Below are positions 1-9,064 of a DNA stretch of 64,000 nt, in pieces. The DNA is taken from contig CAKZKT010000104.1 in assembly GCA_937124585.1 (NCBI GenBank), positions 1,316 through 65,315 on the forward strand. Direction: 5' to 3'. Source of the DNA: an uncultured Anaerolineae bacterium. Lineage in GTDB: Bacteria; Chloroflexota; Anaerolineae; CG2-30-64-16. A program made the translations under genes and the position numbers. How positions within the stretch are numbered: position 1 is the first letter of the stretch; every line of letters starts with the position of its first letter. A model generated the notes under the pieces. It worked only from the letters and a program-made list of their open reading frames with translations, had not been told where the DNA came from and searched no databases.

Positions 1-212
1 AGATCGAGCATGGCGCCGGAGCGGGCCATTGCCTCGGTCAGATCGGCGGTTTCCTGTGGCGTCATGCCGCGGAAGAAGATCGCCATGCAGAGGGCCGCTG
101 CCTGGTAATCCGGCACGTCGCCGCTGACATAGCCCTGTACGAAGAACTCGATCTCCGCGCGAGAGAGCGCGTTGCCGTCTCGCTTCTTGGTGATGATATC
201 CACGATGCGCAT
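1..212 (-). CDS. pdp: Pyrimidine-nucleoside/thymidine phosphorylase, 5' part (runs off window edge)
   Basis: Not in the ORF track. Manual translation gives [66 protein letters not shown], the typical Pdp/DeoA N-terminus. Confidence 0.9.
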   Translation of the reverse strand, partial: MRIVDIITKKRDGNALSRAEIEFFVQGYVSGDVPDYQAAALCMAIFFRGMTPQETADLTEAMARSGAMLD

Positions 213-237
213 GCGAACCTCGGTATACGATGAGCTC

Positions 238-909
238 CTACGATGGCCGCAACATTTCGGCGCACGCGTAGACCGCGCCGACCAGGAAGCTGCCCGCGTT
301 CACCCAAAAGCCCCAGCCCAGCGGCAGCGTCTGGCGGTAGAGCGCCTCGATGCCGGGATGAACCTGCAGAAAGCCCCACGTCGGCACAAGCGCCGCCGCC
401 AGGTCGAGCAGGGCGATCAGCGCCAGGATGAGCCGTGCGGGCAGATAACGGGTGAGCAGCACGCCCGGCACAAGCAGCCAGCAGACCAGAATGGCGATGA
501 CCTGCACCCGAAACTCCGGCAGCTGGAGCACAGCTGGACTCCACGCCGGCGGCAACATGGCCGCCGCGCAGGGAATGCTCGCCAGAGCCAGCAGCGTGCG
601 CAGCCACACCGGCAATGCCCCGCGGCGGCCGGCGATCAACGCAGCGCTGACGCTGGCCGCGCAGAGGGGCAGATAGAAGAGCTCGCGGCGAAACACTACC
701 CGGCCCGCCATCACGTCGGGCAAAAACTTGACATATTCTGCCAGATCGAGACCGATGACCGTCAGGCCGGCCGCTTTGTGCGGGACCCATGGCCCGTAGT
801 AGCCGATCAGGCCGATGATGGCGGCCAGGATCAGCAGGAGCCAGCGTCGCCTGGCGCGGCGTGCTTGCCGGTGTGCCTGGAGATAGGAAGAGTTCATGGA
901 AAACCTCAC
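238..909 (-). CDS. Hypothetical integral membrane protein (about 6 TM)
   Basis: Multiple hydrophobic segments; start overlaps the GT4 stop; co-oriented with pdp. Confidence 0.7.
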   Translation of the reverse strand: MRFSMNSSYLQAHRQARRARRRWLLLILAAIIGLIGYYGPWVPHKAAGLTVIGLDLAEYVKFLPDVMAGRVVFRRELFYLPLCAASVSAALIAGRRGALPVWLRTLLALASIPCAAAMLPPAWSPAVLQLPEFRVQVIAILVCWLLVPGVLLTRYLPARLILALIALLDLAAALVPTWGFLQVHPGIEALYRQTLPLGWGFWVNAGSFLVGAVYACAEMLRPS

Positions 910-2030
910 GCAACTGCCGCCCGGTAGGCTTCCAACGCCGCACGCGCCGAATTGTGCCAGGTGAAACGTCGGGCCTGAGCATACCCGCGCGCGATCATGG
1001 CGTGACGCAATGTGCTGTCCTCGATGACCTCAGCCATCGCCTGAGCCAACATGTCCGTGTCCTCAGCGCGGATCAGCCGCGCCGCGTCGCCGGCCACTTC
1101 TGGCAAGCTGGAATTGTCGCTCGTGACGACGGGCGTGCCACAGGCCATCGCTTCGAGCACAGGGATGCCGAAGCCTTCGTAGCGAGACGGATAGGCAAAG
1201 AGATCGGCCAACGTGTAAAGCGCCGGCAGGTCGGCGTCGGCCACGAAGCCGAGAAAGCGCACACTATCGGCCAGTTGATCGCGTTCGACCTGTCGGTAAA
1301 TCTCCTCGTAGAGCCAGCCCGGCCGGCCGGCGATCACCAGGGCGTGGGGCAGCGCGCGGGCACGGCGCAGCCGGCCATAGGCGCGGATCAGCCCGGCGAA
1401 ATTCTTGCGCGGCTCAAGCGTCCCCACGCTCAGGATGAACCGCTCTGGCAGCCCGTAGCGTTGTCGCACCGCCGCGAGACGCACTGCGTCGGTCTCGCGG
1501 CGAAAATGCGGCTCGACACCCGGCGTCACGACGTTGATCTTTGTGGCCGGCACATCGAGCAGCGCAATCAGGTCGCGGCGGGTGTTTTCGGAGTCGGCGA
1601 GGACACGGGTGGCGCGTGCTACCGCCGCAGGAGTCGCGCGCTCGAGGAAGGCGCGCAGTCCGGGATCAGCGCAGTCTGGGACGCGCAGGAACGAGAGATC
1701 GTGAATCGTGACGATGCCTCGCGCGCGACGCAGGGGCGGCAGCGTGAAATCGGGCGCATGATAGAGGTCGCACGCTCCGGTCAGCAGGTCGGCCGCCAGC
1801 GGCAGATGCAGGCGATGCCAGGCGATGGTCAGCCAGCGCGCCGGGAGGGGGCTTCGCTGCCAGGTGAAGTTCGCCGGCCAGCGCGCTGACGCCGGAGTAG
1901 GTGCGGCGCAGAACAGGACATAACGATTGATCGTGTCCATCTCGGCCAGCGCTGCGACCAGCCCGCGCGTGTAGCGGCCGATGCCGGCGCCCTGCGTCAC
2001 GGCAGGGGTATAATCAATCGCGATTCTCAA
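906..2030 (-). CDS. Glycosyltransferase family 4 (GT-B)
   Basis: GIGRY N-terminus, VGTLEPRKN, YPSRYEGFGIPVLEAMACGTPV (EX7E motif). Confidence 0.92.
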   Translation of the reverse strand: MRIAIDYTPAVTQGAGIGRYTRGLVAALAEMDTINRYVLFCAAPTPASARWPANFTWQRSPLPARWLTIAWHRLHLPLAADLLTGACDLYHAPDFTLPPLRRARGIVTIHDLSFLRVPDCADPGLRAFLERATPAAVARATRVLADSENTRRDLIALLDVPATKINVVTPGVEPHFRRETDAVRLAAVRQRYGLPERFILSVGTLEPRKNFAGLIRAYGRLRRARALPHALVIAGRPGWLYEEIYRQVERDQLADSVRFLGFVADADLPALYTLADLFAYPSRYEGFGIPVLEAMACGTPVVTSDNSSLPEVAGDAARLIRAEDTDMLAQAMAEVIEDSTLRHAMIARGYAQARRFTWHNSARAALEAYRAAVA

Positions 2031-2051
2031 ACCGGCGCCTCCCTCCGGCGC

Positions 2052-2564
2052 TCACTGGATGCCGCGATAGGTCCACGCCCGATTTACAAAATAGTTCCAG
2101 AATAGCACAATGCCGATGGCGATCACCTTGGCGGCCAGGTATGCCGGCGGATCAGGCAACATCAGGGCAAAGATCGGATGCAAGCCGAGCACGACAACCT
2201 CGTTGATGCCCAGGCCGATGACGTTGACGATGGCGAACTGAACCATCTGGCTGCCGATGGGACGCTGGCGGCTCTCCGGAAAGGTCCACAGCCGGTTCCA
2301 GGTGAAGTTGCTCAGCACAGCCACAGTGAAGCCGAGCCCGATGGCGACCTCCAGAGGCAGGCGCAATATCTCTCGGCAGAACGTGAGCACCGACAGGTCA
2401 ACGAGCATGCCGAAGGCGCCCACGGTGGCGAATTTCAGAAAGCGCGTGAATTCTTTGGGCCGTTGTGCCAGCCCCAGCCGGTTGATGATCGGCAGTCGGG
2501 CAAACCACTCCAACAGGGGCGGCAGCTCCGAGCTGGCAGTGATGCCGGAATCGGTCAAGACCAT
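2052..2564 (-). CDS. GtrA family flippase-like protein
   Basis: RFLKFATVGAFGMLVD...SNFTWNRLWTF...WNYFVNRAWTY; start chosen after GGAG. Confidence 0.88.
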   Translation of the reverse strand: MVLTDSGITASSELPPLLEWFARLPIINRLGLAQRPKEFTRFLKFATVGAFGMLVDLSVLTFCREILRLPLEVAIGLGFTVAVLSNFTWNRLWTFPESRQRPIGSQMVQFAIVNVIGLGINEVVVLGLHPIFALMLPDPPAYLAAKVIAIGIVLFWNYFVNRAWTYRGIQ

Positions 2565-2611
2565 AACTCCGCAGAATGGATGCATGTGCCTCATGGCAGA
2601 TGCTTGCGTTT

Positions 2612-3067
2612 TTACAGCCCTCGCCAGGTCCACAGGCGATTGACGCTGAAATTCCAGAAGAGCCCCACGCCGCTGGCGGTTGCCTTGGCCAGATTCCAGG
2701 CAAAGGTCGCCGGCAACAGGTATCGCCAGACGAGCGCGTGGCTGCTCAGGAAGACGATTTCATTGATCGCGTACCCGATCAGACTGACCGTGAAGAACTG
2801 TGCCAGTTGCCGGCTAACTAATCGTTGCCGGCTCTCTGGGACAGTCCACAGCCGGTTGAATGTAAAAGTGTTCAGCACAGCGATCGAAAATGAACATGTG
2901 TTGGCAAGCCAGGCCGGAAAATGGGCCACGAACATGAGAAAGTTGAGCACACTGAAGTCAACGATAAAACCCCACGTCCCCACCACAGAGAATTTCAGAA
3001 AACGGTCGAGCTCGCGTCGTCCCCGGGGGGTGCGCAGCCCGTGCAAACAAGCGGTCAAAAAAGTCAA
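2612..3067 (-). CDS. GtrA family flippase-like protein (second copy)
   Basis: RFLKFSVVGTWGFIVD...NTFTFNRLWTV...WNFSVNRLWTW. Confidence 0.88.
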   Translation of the reverse strand: MTFLTACLHGLRTPRGRRELDRFLKFSVVGTWGFIVDFSVLNFLMFVAHFPAWLANTCSFSIAVLNTFTFNRLWTVPESRQRLVSRQLAQFFTVSLIGYAINEIVFLSSHALVWRYLLPATFAWNLAKATASGVGLFWNFSVNRLWTWRGL

Positions 3068-4512
3068 CAGGTTACCTCACGACGATCGGTGTTGGCAACA
3101 CATGCCAGAAGCAGCGCGAGCTGGAGCTGCATGTGTTGCACGAATAGATTATCGAAAATGCTGTGCGCGGTCAGATAGATCAAGCTGCCGAGCACGCCGA
3201 TGGCCAGCGCCTGCATCGTCGGGTGGCCGGTGGCATTTCGTCTCGCCCGCTGCCAGCACAGACGCCAGGCGCCTGCCCAGAACAGCACAAAGGCGCCCAG
3301 CCCCGCGATCCCCGTCTCTGCCAGGAAGTTGATAAAGACATTATGGGCATGGCCAAGCGGCTCATACCAGTGGGGCGGCGCATAATCCGGATATGCCGCC
3401 GCATAATTGCCGATTCCCACGCCGAGCCATGGATGATCTGCAAACATTGCCAGCCCGACCTGCCAGTGCGCCAGACGCTCCAACACTGCGAAATTCTCAT
3501 CCGTGATCTCGGTGCGCGTCGGATCAGGGCCGATCAGGTAATCGCCGAGATCGTGCAGGCGTCCGGCGATCGGGCCGGGCAACGGACCGCCCAGCCCGAT
3601 GTAGGCCGCGCCGATGCCGACCAGCACCAGTATCACCGCGGCCGTGCGGCGGCCGCGCAGGCCGATGACCGCCGTCCAGGCCGCGACCAACGCCATCCAG
3701 CCGCCGCGTGACCAGCTCATGCCGATGCCGGCTGCCAGCGAGAGCGCCACGGCGCCGTAGCCCAATCCCGCCTTCAGATCGCGCGGGCGTCGGCCCTCGC
3801 CCCAGCGCCAGAACGCGGCGACCGCCAGGCTGGCGGCCACGGGCGCCAGGTAGCCCAGATAGCCCGCATAGGGATTGGGCTGACGAAACGTCCCGTGGGC
3901 GCGCAAATAGCCGCCCGCCAGGGCAAAGGCCGGCGGGCCGACTTGTCCCCAGAACTGATACGCGCCCAGCGCGGCCTGTATCATGCCGGCGGCCAGCAGA
4001 GCCCCGATGACCCAGCCGATCTGTAGACGCGTCCTCAGCAGCTGCGTTGCCACCCCGTAGAGCAGGGCGAATTCCACCCATTTGAGCCATTCGGCCGCGC
4101 CTTCGCTCCAGGAACGGGCCTGCGTCAGACTGAGCGCCAGCATCCACACCAGCACGGCCAGAGCTACCGCAAGCGGCGGCCGGCGAAATCGGATCTCTCG
4201 CGTGGCGATTTGACCGGCGGCCCAGCCGGCGATCACGGCCAACACGAGCAGGTCCACGCCGTTCACCCCTGGCGCGGGAATGGGAATCGTGTTGCCGAAG
4301 GGGATCAGCAGCGCGATGGCCGCCAGCCCCGCGGTCGGGCGCACGGCAATGACGGTTGCCAGGCCCGCCGTCCCGAGCAGCGCCGTGGCCCATTGCAGCG
4401 GCATGAAGCTGATGACGGCGGCGACAAGGGCCAGACTTGCCAGCTCTCGCGCGACGATAGGGAATCGCCGGCGCCGATCGCCGCGAAAGATCATCAGCGT
4501 TCCCGGGGCCAT
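3064..4512 (-). CDS. O-antigen ligase/Wzy_C family membrane protein
   Basis: RAHGTFRQPNPYAGYL, SWSRGGW, HPWLGVGIGNY, HAHNVFINFLAETG; start uncertain (ORF open to 4587). Confidence 0.88.
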   Translation of the reverse strand: MAPGTLMIFRGDRRRRFPIVARELASLALVAAVISFMPLQWATALLGTAGLATVIAVRPTAGLAAIALLIPFGNTIPIPAPGVNGVDLLVLAVIAGWAAGQIATREIRFRRPPLAVALAVLVWMLALSLTQARSWSEGAAEWLKWVEFALLYGVATQLLRTRLQIGWVIGALLAAGMIQAALGAYQFWGQVGPPAFALAGGYLRAHGTFRQPNPYAGYLGYLAPVAASLAVAAFWRWGEGRRPRDLKAGLGYGAVALSLAAGIGMSWSRGGWMALVAAWTAVIGLRGRRTAAVILVLVGIGAAYIGLGGPLPGPIAGRLHDLGDYLIGPDPTRTEITDENFAVLERLAHWQVGLAMFADHPWLGVGIGNYAAAYPDYAPPHWYEPLGHAHNVFINFLAETGIAGLGAFVLFWAGAWRLCWQRARRNATGHPTMQALAIGVLGSLIYLTAHSIFDNLFVQHMQLQLALLLACVANTDRREVTC

Positions 4513-4597
4513 GGCCGTGTATCCCTTTCGACTTCCCGCCATTCGATCGTTTCGCCCATTTGCCGCGCTTAAGTCATCATACGGCAAAGCCTGTTCC

Positions 4598-4625
4598 TTG
4601 TCAATTAAGACGCCTGTGGTATACT
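4598..4625 (+). promoter_or_regulatory. Sigma70-type promoter for the DsbA-family gene
   Basis: TTGTCA-N16-TATACT with extended -10 TG. Confidence 0.6.
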
Positions 4626-4693
4626 ATCGTTCATTATCAGCGGGCCGGCGCGCGTCGCGGCCGCGCTGGATCGTGTGGCGAGAGGAGTAGAGG

Positions 4694-5416
4694 ATGCCAA
4701 AGCGTGTACAGATGCCGAAATCGGTCGGCGCGACCGTCGCCCGGCCGCGGCCGGCGGCCCGCAAGCAGGCCGGCTCGCCGGTCGTTCTTTGGGCGGTGAT
4801 TGGGGCTGTGGTGTTGATCTTGGTCGCTGTGATTTTGTTGCAGATGCAAGCCATGAACCGGCCTGTCCAGACCAGCGGTGTGATCAGTGCGGGGATGGGA
4901 TGGGGGCCTGAGGACGCGCCGGTGAAAATCATCGAGTATTCCGACTTCGGCTGCACATATTGCCGGCTTTTTGCGTTGACCGCCGGCAAGTTGCTGCGCC
5001 AGGAGTACGAGGCGACCGGGAAAGTGCGCTTCGAGTACCGGAGCTTCATTATCGAGGGTGCAAGCACCCGTGAGGCGGCCAATGCAGCCTACTGTGCGGC
5101 CGATCAGGGGCGCTTCTGGGATTACGCCGAAGTGCTCTTCAATCGTTCTGGCACAGGTCCGGTTCAGACTGTGTTCAGCCGGGCTGCCCTCAAGGACTAC
5201 GGCACGCAGATCGGTCTCGATATGGGCAAGTTCGGCCGTTGCGTGGAAAGCGGCCAGTTCATCCCAGAGGTGCAGAACCAGCACGCCGAGGCCGCGCGGT
5301 TGGGCGTTCAGGCGACCCCGACCTTCTTTATCAACGGCAGCAAGGTCGAGGGCGCGGTGCCCTATGAGGAGTTCAAGGCGATGATAGAGGCCGTGCTGCG
5401 CTCGGCAGGCTCATAG
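4694..5416 (+). CDS. Membrane-anchored DsbA/BdbD-type thioredoxin-fold protein
   Basis: N-terminal TM, GPEDAPVKIIEYSDFGCTYC (CxxC), ATPTFFING cis-Pro loop. Confidence 0.9.
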   Translation: MPKRVQMPKSVGATVARPRPAARKQAGSPVVLWAVIGAVVLILVAVILLQMQAMNRPVQTSGVISAGMGWGPEDAPVKIIEYSDFGCTYCRLFALTAGKLLRQEYEATGKVRFEYRSFIIEGASTREAANAAYCAADQGRFWDYAEVLFNRSGTGPVQTVFSRAALKDYGTQIGLDMGKFGRCVESGQFIPEVQNQHAEAARLGVQATPTFFINGSKVEGAVPYEEFKAMIEAVLRSAGS

Positions 5417-5450
5417 GCCGGCGCGGACATAGGATGACGCCTGGGTGGAC

Positions 5451-5493
5451 ATTGGCGGCGACATTTGTCGCCGCCAATATTTTGTGTGTTTTT
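5451..5493 (+). terminator. Hairpin followed by T-rich tract downstream of the dsbA-like gene
   Basis: ATTGGCGGCGACA-TT-TGTCGCCGCCAAT then ATTTTGTGTGTTTTT. Confidence 0.6.
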
Positions 5494-5502
5494 GATGATT
5501 AC

Positions 5503-5571
5503 TTCGTGTAGTCAATACACTACAATAACAACCCCCAAAAAACAACAAAAACACCCAAAAAACTATGCGAA
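5503..5571 (+). repeat. Dispersed non-coding element, copy 1 (palindromic core plus A/C tract)
   Basis: TTCGTGTAGTCAATACACTACA, about 37 nt without G, then ACTATGCGAA; similar to the reverse complement of 24568-24639. Confidence 0.7.
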
Positions 5572-5661
5572 AAACAGCGCGAAGGACTGCGCTTCATCGG
5601 CCTGCCAGATGCCCTTTCGGACATCCGGCAGGCTTCTATCCCGGCGCGGTTTCAACAGTTT

Positions 5662-6543
5662 TTATTGGAAATATTTGCCGATCAACAAATCAAGTCGCGC
5701 CCGCAGGGCAGGGGGGATCACAGCGGAATTGGTGATGATCGCATCGCGCAGGGCATCGGCATATGGAGTAGGGGGCGCGTCGCGCAGGGCACGAACCGCG
5801 TTGACGACGGCGTTCCTGGCGACGTCCGCATTGGCGAGCAACTGTCGCACGACCATTTCCACCGTAACCGGTGATTCCGTCTCGTGCCACACATCGTAAT
5901 CGGTCACATGGGCCATGGTCGCATAGCTCATGCCGGCTTCCCGAGCCAGAAAGACCTCGGGAACGGCGGTCATGCCCACGATCGCAAAGCCCATCTGCTG
6001 AAAGAACCGGCTTTCGGCTTTGGTGCTGAAACGCGGCCCCTCGATCGTGACAAAAACGCCCCCGCGGTGCACCGTGTGGCCGGTCTGCTCCACGCTCTGC
6101 GCCACAAGTTCGCTCAAATACGCGCAGAATGGCTCGGCGACCGAGACGTGCACGACCAGGCCATCCGTGCCCACCGTCGGATCATCAAAGAAACTCAGTG
6201 GGCGCAGCCGTGTGCGGTCGAAAACCTGATCGGGCACTACGATGTCGCCGGGTTTGTAGGCCGGCTGCAGGCTGCCGCACGCGCTGATCGAGATCAGATA
6301 CTCGACACCGAGCATCTTGAAGCCGTAGATGTTCGCCCGGCTGTTGAGCTGCGTGGGGCTGATCCGGTGGCCGCGGCCGTGACGCGGCAAAAAAGCGACC
6401 GGCTGCCCGCCGATCCGCCCGACGATGTAGGCGTCAGACGGCGCACCGAACGGCGTCTCGAGCCGCACCTCCTGCACGTCGGTGAGCTGGCTCATATCGT
6501 AGATGCCGCTGCCTCCGATGACTCCGATGCGGATTTTATCCAT
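5662..6543 (-). CDS. mtnP: S-methyl-5'-thioadenosine phosphorylase
   Basis: IGVIGGSG, TPFGAPS, LPRHGRGH, EGPRFSTKAES, VGMT, VTDYD. Confidence 0.93.
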   Translation of the reverse strand: MDKIRIGVIGGSGIYDMSQLTDVQEVRLETPFGAPSDAYIVGRIGGQPVAFLPRHGRGHRISPTQLNSRANIYGFKMLGVEYLISISACGSLQPAYKPGDIVVPDQVFDRTRLRPLSFFDDPTVGTDGLVVHVSVAEPFCAYLSELVAQSVEQTGHTVHRGGVFVTIEGPRFSTKAESRFFQQMGFAIVGMTAVPEVFLAREAGMSYATMAHVTDYDVWHETESPVTVEMVVRQLLANADVARNAVVNAVRALRDAPPTPYADALRDAIITNSAVIPPALRARLDLLIGKYFQ

Positions 6544-6581
6544 GTCTCCGTTTCTCCCTCACGTGTATGGGGTCTTTGGGA

Positions 6582-7505
6582 TTACCAGGCGACGCCAGGA
6601 CATGTGTTGACCCCGGCGTGAACGCCCAGCCTTTTGATCATGCGCACGCGATCCCATCGTTCGCCGAGAATGTCATCGTGAATGGCCCAGGAACGGCCTC
6701 GCACCGTGTCGGCGAGCTCGGGTTGACGGAAAGGAGAAGAGCCATCCAGCCGCGCGCGCAACGGCCCTCCGATCGCAAAGCCAGCGTGGATCTCCTCCAT
6801 GTACGCCTGCCCGAGCAGATAGCCGAAGCCGGCGCGCTCGAAAAGCACAGCCGTGTGGTAGTATAACGGCTGCACGATGTAGCTCGTGTGGCCCAGACAC
6901 AACATGAAAGTTTCCATGTGCTCGACGGCGCGATTGAAGTCGCCGAGGCCACGACGTATCTGACCCGGGGCCAGTCCGTGCGCCAAAGCGGCTGCCTCGG
7001 CGGCCAGATGACGACGGGCAGTGCCGCGCCATGTTGGCGTGCCGTCAGGCATGACATCGGTATCAAAACGGGGCGCGAACGGATCTTGCAGCGTCAGCCA
7101 CAGCGCCTCAAGCTGGTTATGTTGTGTGTCGCACAGCTCGATCTCCATGAACGCATCTCGCGCATCGCCTGCATGTCGCACTTCCAGGCGCATGCTGCGG
7201 GCTGCGGGATCGAAGATCGTCTGCATCACGCTGCGGCCCTGCGAGTCGGTCAGAGTGATCGGGGCTATGCCGAACCGGACGAGATAATTGACGGGCAACA
7301 ACACGCGAAAGAGAAGGCTCTGGCGCTGCGGATCCCAGTCCATCACCTCGCGCAGCGTGATGGGGCGGGTGCTTTCCCGGCCCCAGGCCGAGCCATCGCG
7401 CCGCTCAGCGACGCCGGCGTTCGACGACGCCAGCGTCGCATGATCGCCGGCGCAGACGGCGGCTTTGATGCTGAAACTCCCCGAAAGATCGGCGATCGTG
7501 CCCAT
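6582..7505 (-). CDS. Conserved-looking hypothetical protein
   Basis: Co-oriented between cysQ and mtnP; motif-like segments PRFDTD, GLAPGQIRRGL, QPLYYHTAVLFERAGF; function not assignable. Confidence 0.65.
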   Translation of the reverse strand: MGTIADLSGSFSIKAAVCAGDHATLASSNAGVAERRDGSAWGRESTRPITLREVMDWDPQRQSLLFRVLLPVNYLVRFGIAPITLTDSQGRSVMQTIFDPAARSMRLEVRHAGDARDAFMEIELCDTQHNQLEALWLTLQDPFAPRFDTDVMPDGTPTWRGTARRHLAAEAAALAHGLAPGQIRRGLGDFNRAVEHMETFMLCLGHTSYIVQPLYYHTAVLFERAGFGYLLGQAYMEEIHAGFAIGGPLRARLDGSSPFRQPELADTVRGRSWAIHDDILGERWDRVRMIKRLGVHAGVNTCPGVAW

Positions 7506-7522
7506 CGTCAGATTGATCCGTG

Positions 7523-8422
7523 TTACTGAAAGCCGAAGTCCGGCTCGACGCCCGCCTCATCGAGGACTTGGCCGACGGCCTCGACGAGATGCGGATGAGC
7601 CGGCCCGTTGCTGGCCAACAGGCCAAAACGACGCACCACATCGGGCTGATTGTAGCGCAGGGGCCGATCCCAGCAATCGGTCATCCGGCCACCGGCTTCG
7701 CGCAGGATGATCTCCGGTGCGCAGGTATCCCATTCGCGAGTGCCCGGATTGGGATGCACGTAGCAGTCGGCCTGGCGTCTGACGATCAGGCCGATCTTCA
7801 GGCCCACGCTGCCGACGCTGCGCACCTTTTGGATGCCCGCGCGCGTGATGATGGCGTCAACCAGGGGCGCGCGATGCGAACGGCTGACCACCATGCGCAG
7901 CCGTTTCGGGGTGGCTTCTTTGGACACGCGCAGCGGAAACCGCTCGCCGAACTCTTCGATGAAGCCACCCGATCCCAGCGCGGCTGCGTAGAGAACGTCG
8001 TCAATGGGCTGATAAACGACGCCGACTATTGGCTCGTGATCCAGTGCCAGGCCGATCATGATGCAAAATTCGCCGTTGCGGGCGATGAACTCCAGCGTGC
8101 CGTCCAGCGGATCAATGATCCAAACGCGACGTTTGCTCAGTCGGGCAGGGTCGTCTTTGGATTCTTCGGCCAGGATGCCATCAGCAGGGTAGGCCTGGCC
8201 GAGCTGTTTGACCAGGTAGGCATTGACGGCGCGGTCAGCCTCGGTCACCGGTTCGGTCGGGTCTTTCCACCGGATATTCGGCGATACCTGGTAGAATGTC
8301 TTGACGATTTGGCCGGCCTCGCGCGCCAGGCGCGTGGCCAGGGCCAGCTCCTCTGTGAAGGAGCCGATTGTGGGAAAAGGCAATCCGCCGATACTCGTGC
8401 TCAAATCGTCTCTCTGTGGCAT
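7523..8422 (-). CDS. cysQ: 3'(2'),5'-bisphosphate nucleotidase / inositol monophosphatase family
   Basis: PVTEAD, ILAEES, WIIDPLDGTLEF, VSRSH, EWDTCA. Confidence 0.85.
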   Translation of the reverse strand: MPQRDDLSTSIGGLPFPTIGSFTEELALATRLAREAGQIVKTFYQVSPNIRWKDPTEPVTEADRAVNAYLVKQLGQAYPADGILAEESKDDPARLSKRRVWIIDPLDGTLEFIARNGEFCIMIGLALDHEPIVGVVYQPIDDVLYAAALGSGGFIEEFGERFPLRVSKEATPKRLRMVVSRSHRAPLVDAIITRAGIQKVRSVGSVGLKIGLIVRRQADCYVHPNPGTREWDTCAPEIILREAGGRMTDCWDRPLRYNQPDVVRRFGLLASNGPAHPHLVEAVGQVLDEAGVEPDFGFQ

Positions 8423-8428
8423 GAATTG

Positions 8429-8464
8429 GCTCATCCGGCCGGCACATGTGCCGGCCGGATGAGC
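8429..8464. repeat. Perfect 36-bp palindrome
   Basis: GCTCATCCGGCCGGCACA|TGTGCCGGCCGGATGAGC. Confidence 0.9.
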
Positions 8465-8550
8465 GGTTCTGCGGGCGGCAAGATCATAACATGGGGATGC
8501 GGATTTCGTCAATGCGGCCGCGACCGGTGCTGTTGCTCTCGCCGGCAAGC

Positions 8551-8580
8551 AAAAGGGCTGCCCGCTCGAGCAGCCCTTTT
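8551..8580. terminator. Intrinsic terminator of ssrA (possibly bidirectional)
   Basis: AAAAGGGCTGC-CCGCTCGA-GCAGCCCTTTT immediately after the tmRNA 3' end. Confidence 0.8.
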
Positions 8581-8588
8581 GCGTTCGC

Positions 8589-9003
8589 TGGTGGAGATGC
8601 CGGGAGTCGAACCCGGGTCCGAAACAAACGACCGTATGCCTCTACAAGCTTAGTTGCTGATTCGCATTTCACCGGGCGGTCCGACAGCAACCACCGTCCT
8701 CTAGTCCGGCTAGCCGATGATCTTAGGCCCGCCTATCGGCATCCGCGGGCTGCACCTTACGGTTTATGACGATGCGTTGCGACGCCGCCGGGCCCCGTCG
8801 CAGGCACCGTGGTCACCCTGCGGCGACCAGTTTGTTCGCTGCCTCTCTGTTACGCAGCCAGCGCGAGCGCGTTGGCGCGAGCAGACGGGAAGACGAACGC
8901 ATTGGTGCTCTTGGCACTTGTCTTTTTGCTCTGGATTAACGAGGTAAGAGCGCCTCGGCTTGCAGCCTACGACCCATTTGCCCCGTCGAGACCAGTCATC
9001 CCC
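8589..9003 (-). ncRNA. ssrA: tmRNA (one-piece); predicted tag (A)AKSTNAFVFPSARANALALAA
   Basis: 5' GGGGATGACTGGTCTCGAC, 3' GACCCGGGTTCGACTCCCGGCATCTCCACCA (T-arm and Ala acceptor stem with G3-U); tag frame 8915..8850 ends LALAA-stop; adjacent to smpB. Confidence 0.96.
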
Positions 9004-9014
9004 AGGGCGATTTT

Positions 9015-9043
9015 ACTATACCACAATTTTACGCATTGCGCAA
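9015..9043 (-). promoter_or_regulatory. ssrA promoter
   Basis: TTGCGC-N17-TATAGT with extended -10 TG, just upstream of the mature 5' end. Confidence 0.65.
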
Positions 9044-9064
9044 GTCGCAATTTGCGCCATCGCG

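Noticed and set aside
5465..5899. 144-aa ORF across the A/C-rich element (and a similar ORF at 24494-24724)
   Set aside because: Low-complexity translation, overlaps real genes in antisense, no SD; similarity is better explained at nucleotide level
8589..8625. tRNA gene (GGTTCGACTCC...CCA)
   Set aside because: It is the tRNA-like 3' domain of tmRNA; no anticodon arm
8400..8640. Island or prophage integrated at the ssrA 3' end
   Set aside because: No integrase and no duplicated ssrA 3' fragment seen; terminator and housekeeping cysQ follow directly
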